Shown in pieces: positions 35,901 through 47,199 of a stretch of 64,000 nucleotides of DNA. The notes beneath the pieces are model-generated. The model had not been told where the DNA came from, did no database searches, and worked only from the letters and a program-made list of their open reading frames with translations. The DNA comes from Endomicrobiales bacterium (GTDB lineage Bacteria; Elusimicrobiota; Endomicrobiia; Endomicrobiales; JALOBY01), in contig CAWCNJ010000006.1 in assembly GCA_963796955.1 (NCBI GenBank), positions 96,001-160,000 of the forward strand, written 5' to 3'. Numbering within the stretch: the stretch's first letter is position 1; every line of letters starts with the position of its first letter. Made by a program: the position numbers and the translations under genes.

Positions 35901-38900
35901 CCAATTTGCCATTCTCCACCGATGTTCTCGGCAACGCCCGCCCATACGGCGCGGCATGGGACGTTGGCGCATTTGAAAATTATCAAAATGTTCTCGGCGT
36001 GCCGCAGACTCTTACGGTTACCAATGTATATTATAGTTCTGTAACAGTTACATGGAACCTTATCAACGGCGCGACAGGCTATACGCTGATCGCCTCTACA
36101 TCGTCCAATATTCCGGTTACCGTATCCGCTTCAACCACCACGACCGGTGTAAATGCAACATCCGCGACGGTATACTCTCCCGCATTAAGCCTAGCAACCA
36201 CCTATTATTTCTTCGTTCAGTCCACCGGCAACGCACTCGCAAGCGCCTGGTCGCTGCCGGTCTCAACAGTAACCTTGTCTGGCGACATCACACCGCCAGC
36301 CGCGATAACCAATCTTGCGGCAGTCACCGGTTTTGGCCCCGGCACCATTAACCTTTCCTGGACCTCACCCGGTGATGACGGCATAACTGGCAATATTACC
36401 GGCGGCGCGTATAAGATACGTTACTCCACCTATACCCCAACATCGTGGAATGATGCCGATACCAGCTGGGCTGACTACGTCAATAAATATCAGATAACGA
36501 TAGCCACAAATTCTGTTCCAGGTGTAACGCAGTCTTATCCGCTTACCGGACTTACCGCTGGCGTAACCTATTACATTCGCGCCTGGACGCGTGACGAAGT
36601 GGGCGTAGACAGCACCAGCTGGAACGGCAACTGGTCGGCGCTGTCAAACGGCGCCACAAGCTGGGCGCAGATGGATACGGCGCCAAACACCCCAATCAAC
36701 CTTGTGCAGATAGACGGCACGCTGGGCAATATCTCTTCATTTACGTGGACAAACTCCGGCGTAATAACGTCGTCGTTCACACTGAGCGACCCAGATAGCG
36801 GCCAGCAGATTAAATATCATATCCAAATAACCACTGTTTCCAGCAACGGTCTTGCCACGTGGACCAGCGGCTATTTCCTGAATTATACCTCGCCGTTATT
36901 GAATCAGGGCACAACCACTTACACCTGGCCCGCGATGACAGCCGGGAACTTCTACTGGTGGCGCGTCTGGGCGGAAGACAGTTATGGTTTAACATCTGCG
37001 ACAACAACTGCCTTGATGAGCGGCGGTCCGGCAGTCTTTGCTTACAAAACCGCGTATGACGCAAAATATATAGAGGTTAACCCGGGCTGGGGAGTTGGGG
37101 GCAACGCCCATGGATCTTCAATTAAGTGGGGCGATATAGAAAATGACGGTTACCAGGATCTGATGGTGGCGGGCGAAAATCAGATTGGAGGCGAAGAGTT
37201 CTGCATTTATGATAACGCCAAAAATGGTTCCTTTAATGCTTCACCAATACATCCTAAACCGGGTTTCGGGGTGTCATGGTCGCCTTCCTGCGCTTGGGGC
37301 GACGTTAACAACGACGGCATTCAGGATGTGGCGGTTATAGGCGCCTCCGCTGATGATGTTTCTGGTTATACATTCAGGGTCTTTGCGAGCAATGGGAACG
37401 GCACGTTTGGCGCCGCCCAGGAGCCTACTGCCAACTGGGGCGAAGAAAATGCGGGCATAGCTTTGGGTGATTTTGACAACGATGGCTGCCTTGATGTTGT
37501 TGTTAGCGGCGCGGACGATGCTAAGGTGTCGGCCAATTTTAGAATTTATCGCAATAACGGCGACGGCACTTTCGGCCCTAACTTTATAAGGCCGGATATA
37601 CCGCTTGAAAGCTCGGGTGATGAAAACGGCGGCGGCGACACATTGGCGTGCGGCGACTACAATAATGACGGTCTTATGGATATAGCGATTTCCTGGCCGA
37701 CAGGCCTTGTACGAGTCTATAAAAACAATGGCGATCTTTCATTTGCCCATTTGACCAATGATATTTGTTCGTTCTTTGATTCCAATATTGCCTGGGGGGA
37801 TTACAACAATGATGGATACCTTGACCTGTTTGTAGCAGGCCATGGTTTTACCGGCGTATTTCACAATAAAGGCGATGGCACGTTCGACTCTTCCGTAAAT
37901 ATTGCCGGTAATAATACTTTTACAGGAATTTCAGGCCAGGCGCCACTGTCACTTTGTGTCGGAGATTATGACAACGATGGCAATCTAGACCTTGCCGCCG
38001 CCGGCCTTGACTATGCTGCCGGTACTGCGCGGAAATTGTATTTGTTCCACAACAACGGCCATGGCGCGTTTGACAGCGGCCCCGTTGAGACGATGCCTGG
38101 CTGGGGTGTTGTAGATTGTTCGCTTGCCTTCGCGGATTACAACAACGATGGCGGCCTTGACCTGGCTGTTTCCGGGGCAGACAACAATAATATAGCCCGC
38201 TGCTGCGTCTTTAATAACATGGAAGCCCAGATGGGCAATGCCAATACGCCGCCCATGCCGCCCTCTGCCAGCATAAACTTTAATTACAGCGGCTTTGCAA
38301 CGCAGAAGAGTACCTTCACCATAACCTGGCAGCCAAGCCAGTACGATGTGGGCCACTCGTCTAACTCTATTTACTTTAATGTTGAAGCCTCCACATTCCC
38401 GACGACACTTGGCAGCGGCGACAAACGCATAGCCACCACCGGCCGTTTTGCACAACCCTGGAACTTCGGCAGCCCCAACCTTGGCAGCTTCATACGCCCG
38501 GCTATCTCCACCAGCTGGGCCAGCGCGCCCGGCACCTCAATGGTCGGTTATACGTTTGCGCCCTCCACCAGCGCCTTCTTGATGAACACAACATGTTATT
38601 TCCGTATTCAGACGATAGATTCCGGCCTTGCGCGCAGTACCTGGTCAACGGAGAGTTCGGTGTATGTGTGTGGTTCTCCTACGGTGCCTGTGCTTGTTTC
38701 GCCGTTAGACAATTATGCTACAAACCAAATGACCGTTACATTCAATTGGGCTGACTCAACGGACACGATCTCAAATTCCAATTACACACTCAGGCTATCA
38801 TCGTCTCCCGATTTCTCAGGAGTAACCTATTCATCTAATACCGTAAATATGTATGCCTCAATGGCCTTGACTACCAGTAAATGGTATTGGAGCGTTCGGG

Positions 38901-41900
38901 CGGGTAACCCGGTGGGCGCCTACAGCGCGTGGTCGTCAACGTGGTCGGTGGTGGTAGACACCCTAGCGCCGAGCGTGCCGATACTAACATCGCCACTAGA
39001 TAATTTCACAACCAACCAGATGGTGCTGACATTTGGCTGGAGCAGCGCGACCGATAACCTGACCGGTGTGAATGATTACACGCTGAGGCTTTCTACTGCG
39101 CCGGATTTCACGGGCGTAACGTATTCATCGATAACAGCGAACATTGTAGCCCAAATGTCGCTGACAACTGGCCATTGGTTCTGGGCAGTGCGTTCATTAG
39201 ATAACGTAGGAAATTATTCAGCCTGGGCCTCGACATACACGCTGATTGTTGACACAACACCGCCGACGGTGCCTATCCTTACCGGCCCTCTGGACGGCTC
39301 AACGACCAATCAGACGGTGTTGACGTTCAACTGGGGCATATCCACGGATGACATAACAGGCCTGGCTAACTACACGCTTACCTTATCAACAGCAGCTGAT
39401 TTCAGTGGGGTAATATATTCGTCAATTACGACGAACACATCAGCCGCGATGACTATCCAGAGCTCCGATAAATGGTATTGGACGGTGCGTTCAGTCGATA
39501 ATGCTGTAAATTATTCAGCATGGGCGAGCACGTGGTCGGTGGTCGTTGATACGCATGCTCCGACGGTACCGATACTTATAACGCCGCTTGATAACTTCAC
39601 AACGAACCAAATGACGCCTGCATTCGCCTGGCAAGGTTCAACGGATACGCTTTCAGGCATAGCGAATTATACGTTGCGCTTGTCGACCGCGCCAGATTTT
39701 AGCGGTACTATATACAGCTCAACAACAGCCAACACCCTTGCCAGCAGGGCGTTAGTTTCGTGCCGGTGGTACTGGTCGGTTCGAGCCGCAAACAATTCCG
39801 GCAACTACAGCGCCTGGTCGTCAACGTGGTCGGTGGTCATAGATACCGTATCCTCAAGCATACCGGTACTAACGGCGCCGTTAGATAACTATACTACGAA
39901 CCAAATGACGCTGACGTTTAACTGGAATATATCGATGGACAATCTGTCCGGCGTGAACGGCTATACGCTGCAGCTTTCAACGGCTCCCGATTTCACCGGC
40001 GTGACGTATTCGTCGATAACAGCGAACAATTCAGCCGTAATGGCGTTGACAACGAACAAATGGTATTGGACGGTGCGTTCGCAAGACAATGCGGCGAACT
40101 ATTCAGCGTGGGCTTCAACGTGGTCGGTGGTCGTGGACACGATAGCGCCGACAATGCCGATACTAACGACGCCGCTGGACAACTTCACCACGAACCAGAT
40201 GACACTGGCGTTTAACTGGGGAAGCGCGACGGACAACCTTTCCGGTGTGTCCGGCTATACGCTGAGGTTGTCGACAGCAGCCGATTTCAGTGGGGTGATA
40301 ATGTTGTCGGTAACCGATAACACCGCTGCCACAATGAACCTGACTTCTAACAAATGGTACTGGACGGTCCGTTCAGGCGACAACGCGGGCAACTACAGCA
40401 CGTGGGCATCCACGTATTCTCTGGTGGTGGACACGGTAGCATCAACCGTGCCGCTGCTGCTTTCGCCGTTGGATAACTTTGCGACGAACCAAATGACGCT
40501 GTCGTTCAGCTGGAGCAGCGCAACGGACAATTTAACGGGTGTGAATGATTATACGGTGCAGTTGTCTACAGCGGCGGATTTCACCGGTGTAACCTATTCT
40601 TCAATCACAGCGAACACGGCAGCTCAAATGGCGCTGACCTCCGACCGGTGGTACTGGACAGTACGCTCACTGGACAACGCGGCCAACTATTCAGCCTGGG
40701 CCTCGACATGGTCGCTGGTAATAGACACAACACCGCCAACGGTGCCTATCCTTACCAACCCGCTGGATGGTTCGACAACCAACCAGACGGTTTTAACGTT
40801 TAACTGGGGTGCCTCGACGGATGACATAACAGGCCTTGCCGGCTACACCCTGCGGTTATCAACAGCGCCTGATTTCAGTGGGGTGATATATTCGTCAGTT
40901 ACCGGAAACACCGCAGCAAGAATGACTATTCAGAGCTCCGACAAATGGTATTGGTCGGTGCGGTCAGTTGATAATGCTGAGAACTATTCAGCGTGGACGA
41001 GCACGTGGTCGGTGGTGGTAGACACGCGTGCGCCGACCGTGCCGCTGCTGCTTTCACCATTGGACAACTTCACCACAAACCAGATGACACTGGCGTTCAA
41101 TTGGCAGGGCTCAACGGACACGGTTTCAGGTATTACGAACTATACGCTGCGGTTATCGACGGCCCCCGACTTCAGTGGTACGACGTATAGCTCAACAACG
41201 GCCATCACCGCAGCCATCATGAACTTAACGACTAACAAATGGTACTGGTCGGTACGCGCCTTAAATAATTCGGGCAACTATTCCAACTGGTCGTCAACAT
41301 GGGCGGTGATTATGGATACTGTAGTGCCGAGCGTGCCGATATTGACCTCGCCGCTGAATAATTTCACAACGAACCAAATGACGCTGGCGTTCAACTGGAA
41401 CAGCGCGACCGACAATCTGACAGGTGTGAACGATTACACACTGCGGCTTTCTACCGCGCCAGATTTCACTGGTGTAACATATTCATCAATAACAGCGAAC
41501 ACCGCAGCCCAGATGGCAATGACCTCCGGCCGGTGGTACTGGACGGTGCGTTCGCTGGATAACGCGGCTAACTACAGCGCCTGGGCATCTACGTATACGC
41601 TGGTGGTGGACACAACACCTCCGACGGTGCCGGCCCTCACTGGCCCTCTGGATGGCTCAACGACCAACCAGACTATGGTAACATTCGGCTGGAATTCTTC
41701 AACAGATGACTTAACCGGTGTGGCATGCTATACCTTGCGATTCTCGACAGCGCCTGACTTTAGCGGGGCGATATATTCATCAGCCACGACAAATACTATT
41801 GCTGCAATGACAATACCTGCTTGTGCAAAGTGGTACTGGACAGTGCGTTCCAGTGACAATGCCGGGAATTATTCGGCGTGGGCTAGTACGTGGACGGTAC

Positions 41901-44900
41901 TCGTCGATACACGTGCCCCGACCGTGCCGCTGCTGCTGTCGCCGCTGGACAATTACACCACGAACCAGATGGCGCTGACGTTCAGCTGGCAGGGCTCAAC
42001 GGATACGCTTTCGGGTGTTGCGGATTATACGCTGCGAATATCTACCGCGCTGGATTTTAGCGGTACAGTATACAGTTCAACAACGGGCAATACTCTGGCC
42101 GGCATGACACAGGTTTCAAACAAATGGTATTGGTCGGTGCGTGCCGCAAACAATTCCGGTAACTACAGCGCCTGGTCGTCAACGTGGTCGGTAGTGATCG
42201 ATTCCACGCCATCAAGCGTACCGGTGCTGACGGCGCCGTTGGATAATTATACAACGAATCAAATAACGCTGGCGTTCAGCTGGAACAGTGCGACCGACAA
42301 TATATCCGGCGTGTCCGGTTATACGCTACGGTTATCTACTGCCTCAGATCTCAGCGGGGTGGTGTATTCATCGGTGACGGCAAACAATGCGGCTGTCATG
42401 ATGTTGTCGACGAACAGATGGTACTGGACGGTGCGCTCGGTGGACAATGCAGCGAACTATTCTGCCTGGGCGTCAACGTGGTCGGTGATCATTGACACCG
42501 TTGTGCCTAACGCGCTGAACGACCTTGCAGCCGCCCCGGGTTTTGCGCTGGGCAGCATAGCTCTGCACTGGACTTCGCCGGGTGATGACGGCCCAAGCGG
42601 CGCTATTATCGGTGGTTACTACAAAGTGCGGTATTCTACGTATACCACCGCCTCGGGAGCTTTCTGGACGGATGCGGCGGCGAACTGGGTGGACCCGGTC
42701 AACAAATATCAGATAACGATCGCAACTAATACGAATGTCGGCGATACACAATCGTACACCTTGAGCGGTTTAACGCAGGGCGTTACCTATTATATTCGTG
42801 CCTGGACGCGAGACGAAGTTGGCGTTGACAGCACGACTTGGACCGGCAATTGGTCGGCGTTGTCGAACGGGGCGACATGCTGGGCGGCCTGCGTGGGGAT
42901 ACCGCAGAATTTAACGGTGAGCAGGGTGTACCAGAGTTCCATAGCGGTTACCTGGGATATGATAGCCAACGCGACCGGATATACGCTGGCAGCATCGACG
43001 TCGCCTAACAATCCTGTTACTGTCTACGCCTCCACAACCACACTGGGTGTTAATGCGATCAGCGCAATTGTTCTGAACCCCGCGTTACAGCCGGCAACGA
43101 CGTATTACCTGTTCGTAAAGGCAAACGGCAATGGCGGGGAAAGCGGGTGGTCCACATCTGTATCGACAGTAACGCCGGATTATCTGCCGGGTGCTATAAC
43201 AAACCTTTCGGCGCTGACAGGACAAGGCGCCGGCTCGATAGATCTGAGCTGGACAGCGCCGGGGACGGATGGTTACAACGGAAACATCGTCGGCGGCGTG
43301 TACAAGATACGCTATTCAACCTATACAACGGCAGCCGGGACATTCTGGACGGACGCTGCAGGGAACTGGACTGACCCGGTGAATAAATATCAAATCACTA
43401 TTAACACGAACACGGCGCCCGGCGAAGCGCAATCGTACCTGTTGTCGGGTCTCGGCCAGGGTGTGACCTACTACATTCGCGCCTGGACGCGTGATGAGGT
43501 TGGGATAGACAGTACGACCTGGAACGGCAATTGGTCGGCGGTGTCGAATGGCGCGACCTGCTGGGCTATGCGGGTAAAGACCCTGCCGCCGCCACCGGTA
43601 ACTGACCTGACAGCCGTTAATGGTTTAAACGAGGGAAATGTGCTTCTTACCTGGACGGCGCCCTCGGCCTCTACATCCGCGCCGGTCACGGTGTCGTTGT
43701 ATGAAGTCAGGGCCGCCACGTTCAGCGTCGGCGCCCTTACCGACGATACAACGGCCTGGTGGAACGCAGCGCCCTTCATCCATACGTTCCCGGAGCCCGG
43801 AACGCCCGCGAACCCCGATGCCATCACTCTTACCGGCCTGGCGGTAAGCACCTCGTGGTATTTCGCTATTGAGAGCGTGGGTCTAGCCGGGACCGTTTCG
43901 TTGATAGACGCAAATTCTTCGACGCACAACAGCCAGGCGTTCGTATTCACCACTGATGTGCAACCGGTACCTCCTACAGGGCTGACGGTGGTTGCCAGTA
44001 CTTCGCCTATTGTTGTTCTAAAATGGGACGATATGAGAAGCTTCCAGGGATATCTGGACTTCGACCGTTATCAAATATGGCGTTCGTTAACTTTTGCGCC
44101 GCAATCGTCGTTCGCTTCCATAGGCACCAGTACGAATACGGTCTTTATCGACGAAGCTGTCAGCGCCGGCGCCACGTATTATTATTTCATAGTAGGGGTC
44201 GACAGCGCGCCGCAAGTGCTGGTCAGCAGCCCTTCGGCGGTTGTAACCGCGGTGGTAACGGTGCCGCGTAAGAAGACCGATATAACGCAGCCCCTGCCCC
44301 CTTCCGGCATACAGATAGCCGTTGTTGACGCGCATCCCGTTATTTCCTGGGATATGCCTCAATATAATACCGACGGCACGCAGTGTGTAGACCAGGCCTC
44401 AAGCGTTATTTATCGCACGACTGGTCTGGACGATCCGTGGGATAACGTTGCCGCCATACCCTATGCCGGCGGTGTCGGCTGCCAGTGGACGGATACCGCG
44501 ATCGACCTGAGTAACTCGGCTGTCTATTATTACAAGGTGCAATGCGTCGATACCAGCGGGAACGCCAGCGCCGCTTCCATGTATTGCGACACCAGCCGCG
44601 ACCTTAACCTGATCGTAGAATCGTCTGATAAACAGGTGAATCTTGTTATGCCTCAAAGTGAAGCAGGCCTGTTGTACAGGCGCGGTCCGAACAAGGAAAA
44701 TATCGATATCGTCGTGGATCAGGAAACAATGCCGGCGGATCCTGCCATTCTCCTGCAATTCGAATTTAAGGCCGTTACCGCCGGCACACGTCAAAAGATA
44801 AGCAGTTTTATGTTCGATAAGCCGCTTAACAAGGTCGTGTGGCAATTCTCGCAAAACCCTGTGTTCGGCTCAGGCAAACGCGTTAACTTAAGCGCTGCTC

Positions 44901-45343
44901 CCGTAAATATCGCGCAGGACATTTCCATGTTCTGGCACAGCGGCGTTGAATGGATAAAACTTAACAAATTAACGAATACGAATTCCATGCAAGTGTCGGT
45001 CAGACATCTGGGCAAATTCATGATCAAGCGTTCAATCGCCGCCACCAGTTTCTCAATGACAAAAGTTTTTCCGACGATATTTACCCCTAACGGTGATCAC
45101 CGCAACGATTATGTGGTATTCCAGTATGAAAACCCGAAAGATGACGCCGTTAGAGGAAAAATATATACTCCGGAAGGGGCTTTTGTAAGCAACCTGGTTA
45201 AATCCGATGATAACTCCTCGCTGATCTGGGACGGCACCAGAGACGGCGGCAAGGTAGCGGAGCCTGGTGCGTACGTCTATCAGATAGAGGTGATAGGCTC
45301 CGACGCGAAGGTGATCAACGGGGTAATAATATTGGCGAAATAA
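11934..45343 (+). CDS. Giant (~11,100 aa) secreted FG-GAP/VCBS beta-propeller and Fn3/Ig-like repeat protein with a T9SS type-B-like (CHU_C/FlgD-Ig-like) C-terminal domain; interrupted by a 1-nt frameshift near 18900 (track ORFs 11880-18923 and 18890-45343)
   Basis: Signal peptide ...AIIFAVIALLFFSIVSNA. Eleven clusters of about 7 WGD(F/Y)xNDGxxDLA repeats. C-terminal IFTPNGDHRND...IWDG...PGAYVYQI...GVIILAK. The paralog motif WRAWAEDS is restored by inserting one T at gca^gggcg. The start was chosen by alignment with gene 2. Confidence 0.85.
12372..13402 (+). repeat. ~1.03-kb block almost identical to 57404-58433 (nearly one whole propeller)
   Basis: By eye I found only two differences: an A/G substitution near 12825 (Asn/Asp) and a 1-nt deletion in the gene-2 copy. 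Confidence 0.9.
33857..34161 (+). repeat. ~305-bp near-identical internal repeat (post-propeller linker); second copy at ~38216-38521
   Basis: aacatggaagcccagatgggcaatgccaatac...ccagctgggcc is repeated with about 2 substitutions seen. The antisense ORFs 33770-34096 and 37985-38455 start almost identically. Confidence 0.85.
38675..42500 (+). repeat. 13 tandem 294-297-bp (98-99 aa) Fn3/Ig-like repeats inside giant gene 1
   Basis: Consensus PTVPxLxxPLDNxTTNQMTLxFxW...DxLSGVxxYTLRLSTAPDFSGxxYSS...WYWxVRxxDNAxNYSAWxSTWSVVVDT. Confidence 0.9.
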
Positions 45344-45346
45344 ATT

Positions 45347-47044
45347 ATGAAAAACACTATACAGCGCACCATTATCACGGGATTTCTACTTTGCGGGGCG
45401 GCTGCCGCCCACGCTGAATTCAACGAACTGGGCAGCAGCGCACGCTCTGCCGGCATGGGGGACTGCTATGTGGCTATCGCCGACGACGCGTATGCCACGT
45501 TCTATAACCCTGCGGGCCTTGGGCGGCTGCACCACAAAGAGATCGCGACCACCTCAAGCCGGCTGCTGATGGGTTTGAGCGACCTTAATACGATCGATGA
45601 GAACATCATAAGCGCGGTGTACGGGACGCAGCTGTACGGCGGCATCGGCCTGGGCATCCATACGTTCGACGTTTCCGGGTTGTACAAGGAAAGCACCTCA
45701 ATGCTCTCGTATGGAAAGCTCGTCGGTAAAGAAGTGTACCTCGGCGCCTCTATGAAATTCATGTCGAAAGACTACGTGCCTAATCTCTACACTGAAAACG
45801 CCATAGACTTTTCAGGCGAATCGTTCGGGCGCGACCCCGTGTTCGCCAACGGGTATTCCAAAGCTTTCATGTCCTACGATCTGGGCAGCTATTACCAGTA
45901 CAGCAAAAGGTTGGCCCTGGCCCTGGTGGCGAAGGATATAACCAGCCCCGATACCGGCCTTGCCGCCGCAAACCCGCTGCCCATGACGACAACCCTGGGC
46001 CTGTGCTACCAGGACGAAGGCCTGTTAATACCGCTTGAAATACAGACCAGAAGCGACGCGATAACATACGCGGCCGGCTTTGAAAGATGGCTATTCTCCG
46101 ACCAGCTGGCGCTGCGCGCGGGCCTGCAGGAAGGCAGCGGCAATCTGTCGGTGGTGTCGTGCGGCGTGTCATACAGCTATAACAATATCATCCGTTTTGA
46201 TTACGGTTTTTCCATGCCCTTGTCGGGTATAACGAACACCAGCGGCTCGCACCGGCTGAGCCTGGTGGTATCGATCGGCAAACCGAAAACGAACACTTTT
46301 GAGCTTGCGAAACAGCCGCGCGATTATATAGACGCGGTCACCGCCTTCGACAAAGGCCAGTACTTTACCGCCTACGATATGTTCGAGACACTGATAAAAT
46401 CCCTGGAGACCAGCCGGCAGTTAAAGGACCACGCCATCGCGTATGTCAAAGAGATCCTTTCCCGGATGCAGGCGAACATCAAGGCGAACGCGGCGCCCTC
46501 GGAAGTAGCCTACGCCAAGGGCCTTATGGCGTACAGCGTGCCGGATTACGAGGATGCTTTGAACGAACTGCAGGTGTTCGCGGGCATTATCCCCGGCAAC
46601 ACGGAAGTGAACTATTATATCGAGCTGCTGAAAAAGATGCTGGGTAAAGGATCGGCAAAGCCGCAGGAAAACCAGTCCGGTGAGAACGGCGGGGGCAAGG
46701 GCGGCAAAGGGTCTGACCAGAAAGACGAATTCCCCGGGCTCGACGATAAAGCGCCGGACCCGATGCTGTCGAACATGTCGCGGGACGAATATATCAATTA
46801 CAAACTGCGCAACGCGGTAACGGATTTCAACCAGGGGTATTACGACCTGTCGGCGAAAGACTGTTTATACGCCCTGCGCGCGGACCCGAACAAGGACCTG
46901 AGCTACGTGCGGCTTGGCTCGGCGTATTACGCGATGGGTATGCGCCAGTACGCGGTTAAAGCCTGGCAGAAGGCCCTGCAGCTGAACCCGGGCAACGCGG
47001 ACCTCAGGGAATTTATGCAGGAAAAAAATATACCGGTGAAATAA
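45347..47044 (+). CDS. PorV/PorP-SprF-like outer-membrane beta-barrel protein fused to C-terminal TPR repeats
   Basis: Signal peptide AAAAHA. N-terminal SARSAGMGDCYVAIADDAYATFYNPAGL (FadL/PorV-type plug motif). Barrel end LALRAG...RFDYGF...GSHRLSL. TPR segments such as LGSAYYAMG...AWQKALQLNPGN. Starts 3 bp after the giant gene stop. Confidence 0.78.
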   Translation: MKNTIQRTIITGFLLCGAAAAHAEFNELGSSARSAGMGDCYVAIADDAYATFYNPAGLGRLHHKEIATTSSRLLMGLSDLNTIDENIISAVYGTQLYGGIGLGIHTFDVSGLYKESTSMLSYGKLVGKEVYLGASMKFMSKDYVPNLYTENAIDFSGESFGRDPVFANGYSKAFMSYDLGSYYQYSKRLALALVAKDITSPDTGLAAANPLPMTTTLGLCYQDEGLLIPLEIQTRSDAITYAAGFERWLFSDQLALRAGLQEGSGNLSVVSCGVSYSYNNIIRFDYGFSMPLSGITNTSGSHRLSLVVSIGKPKTNTFELAKQPRDYIDAVTAFDKGQYFTAYDMFETLIKSLETSRQLKDHAIAYVKEILSRMQANIKANAAPSEVAYAKGLMAYSVPDYEDALNELQVFAGIIPGNTEVNYYIELLKKMLGKGSAKPQENQSGENGGGKGGKGSDQKDEFPGLDDKAPDPMLSNMSRDEYINYKLRNAVTDFNQGYYDLSAKDCLYALRADPNKDLSYVRLGSAYYAMGMRQYAVKAWQKALQLNPGNADLREFMQEKNIPVK

Positions 47045-47093
47045 GGCCGTTCCATGCAAACATGGTTGCATTTAGTATCCTTTTAAATTAATT

Positions 47094-47199
47094 TTGGATT
47101 GATATATTGTACATGTCAGTTAAATGTTGGCTTGATATTGTTGTCAAAATAGCTTAAACTTGACTTGACTATGTTAACATTAGTGTGTATAATTGTGGT
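47094..47199 (+). promoter_or_regulatory. Sigma70 promoter for a leaderless ATPase mRNA, with three direct repeats 33 bp apart
   Basis: TTGACT (47165-47170), 17-nt spacer, TATAAT (47188-47193), 6 nt, ATG at 47200. Repeats ttggattgat (47094), ttggcttgat (47127) and ttgacttgac (47160). Confidence 0.72.

Noticed and set aside
38675..42500. CRISPR array or non-coding tandem repeat
   Set aside because: The units are ~294-bp in-frame protein repeats with synonymous variation. There is no repeat-spacer pattern and no cas gene.
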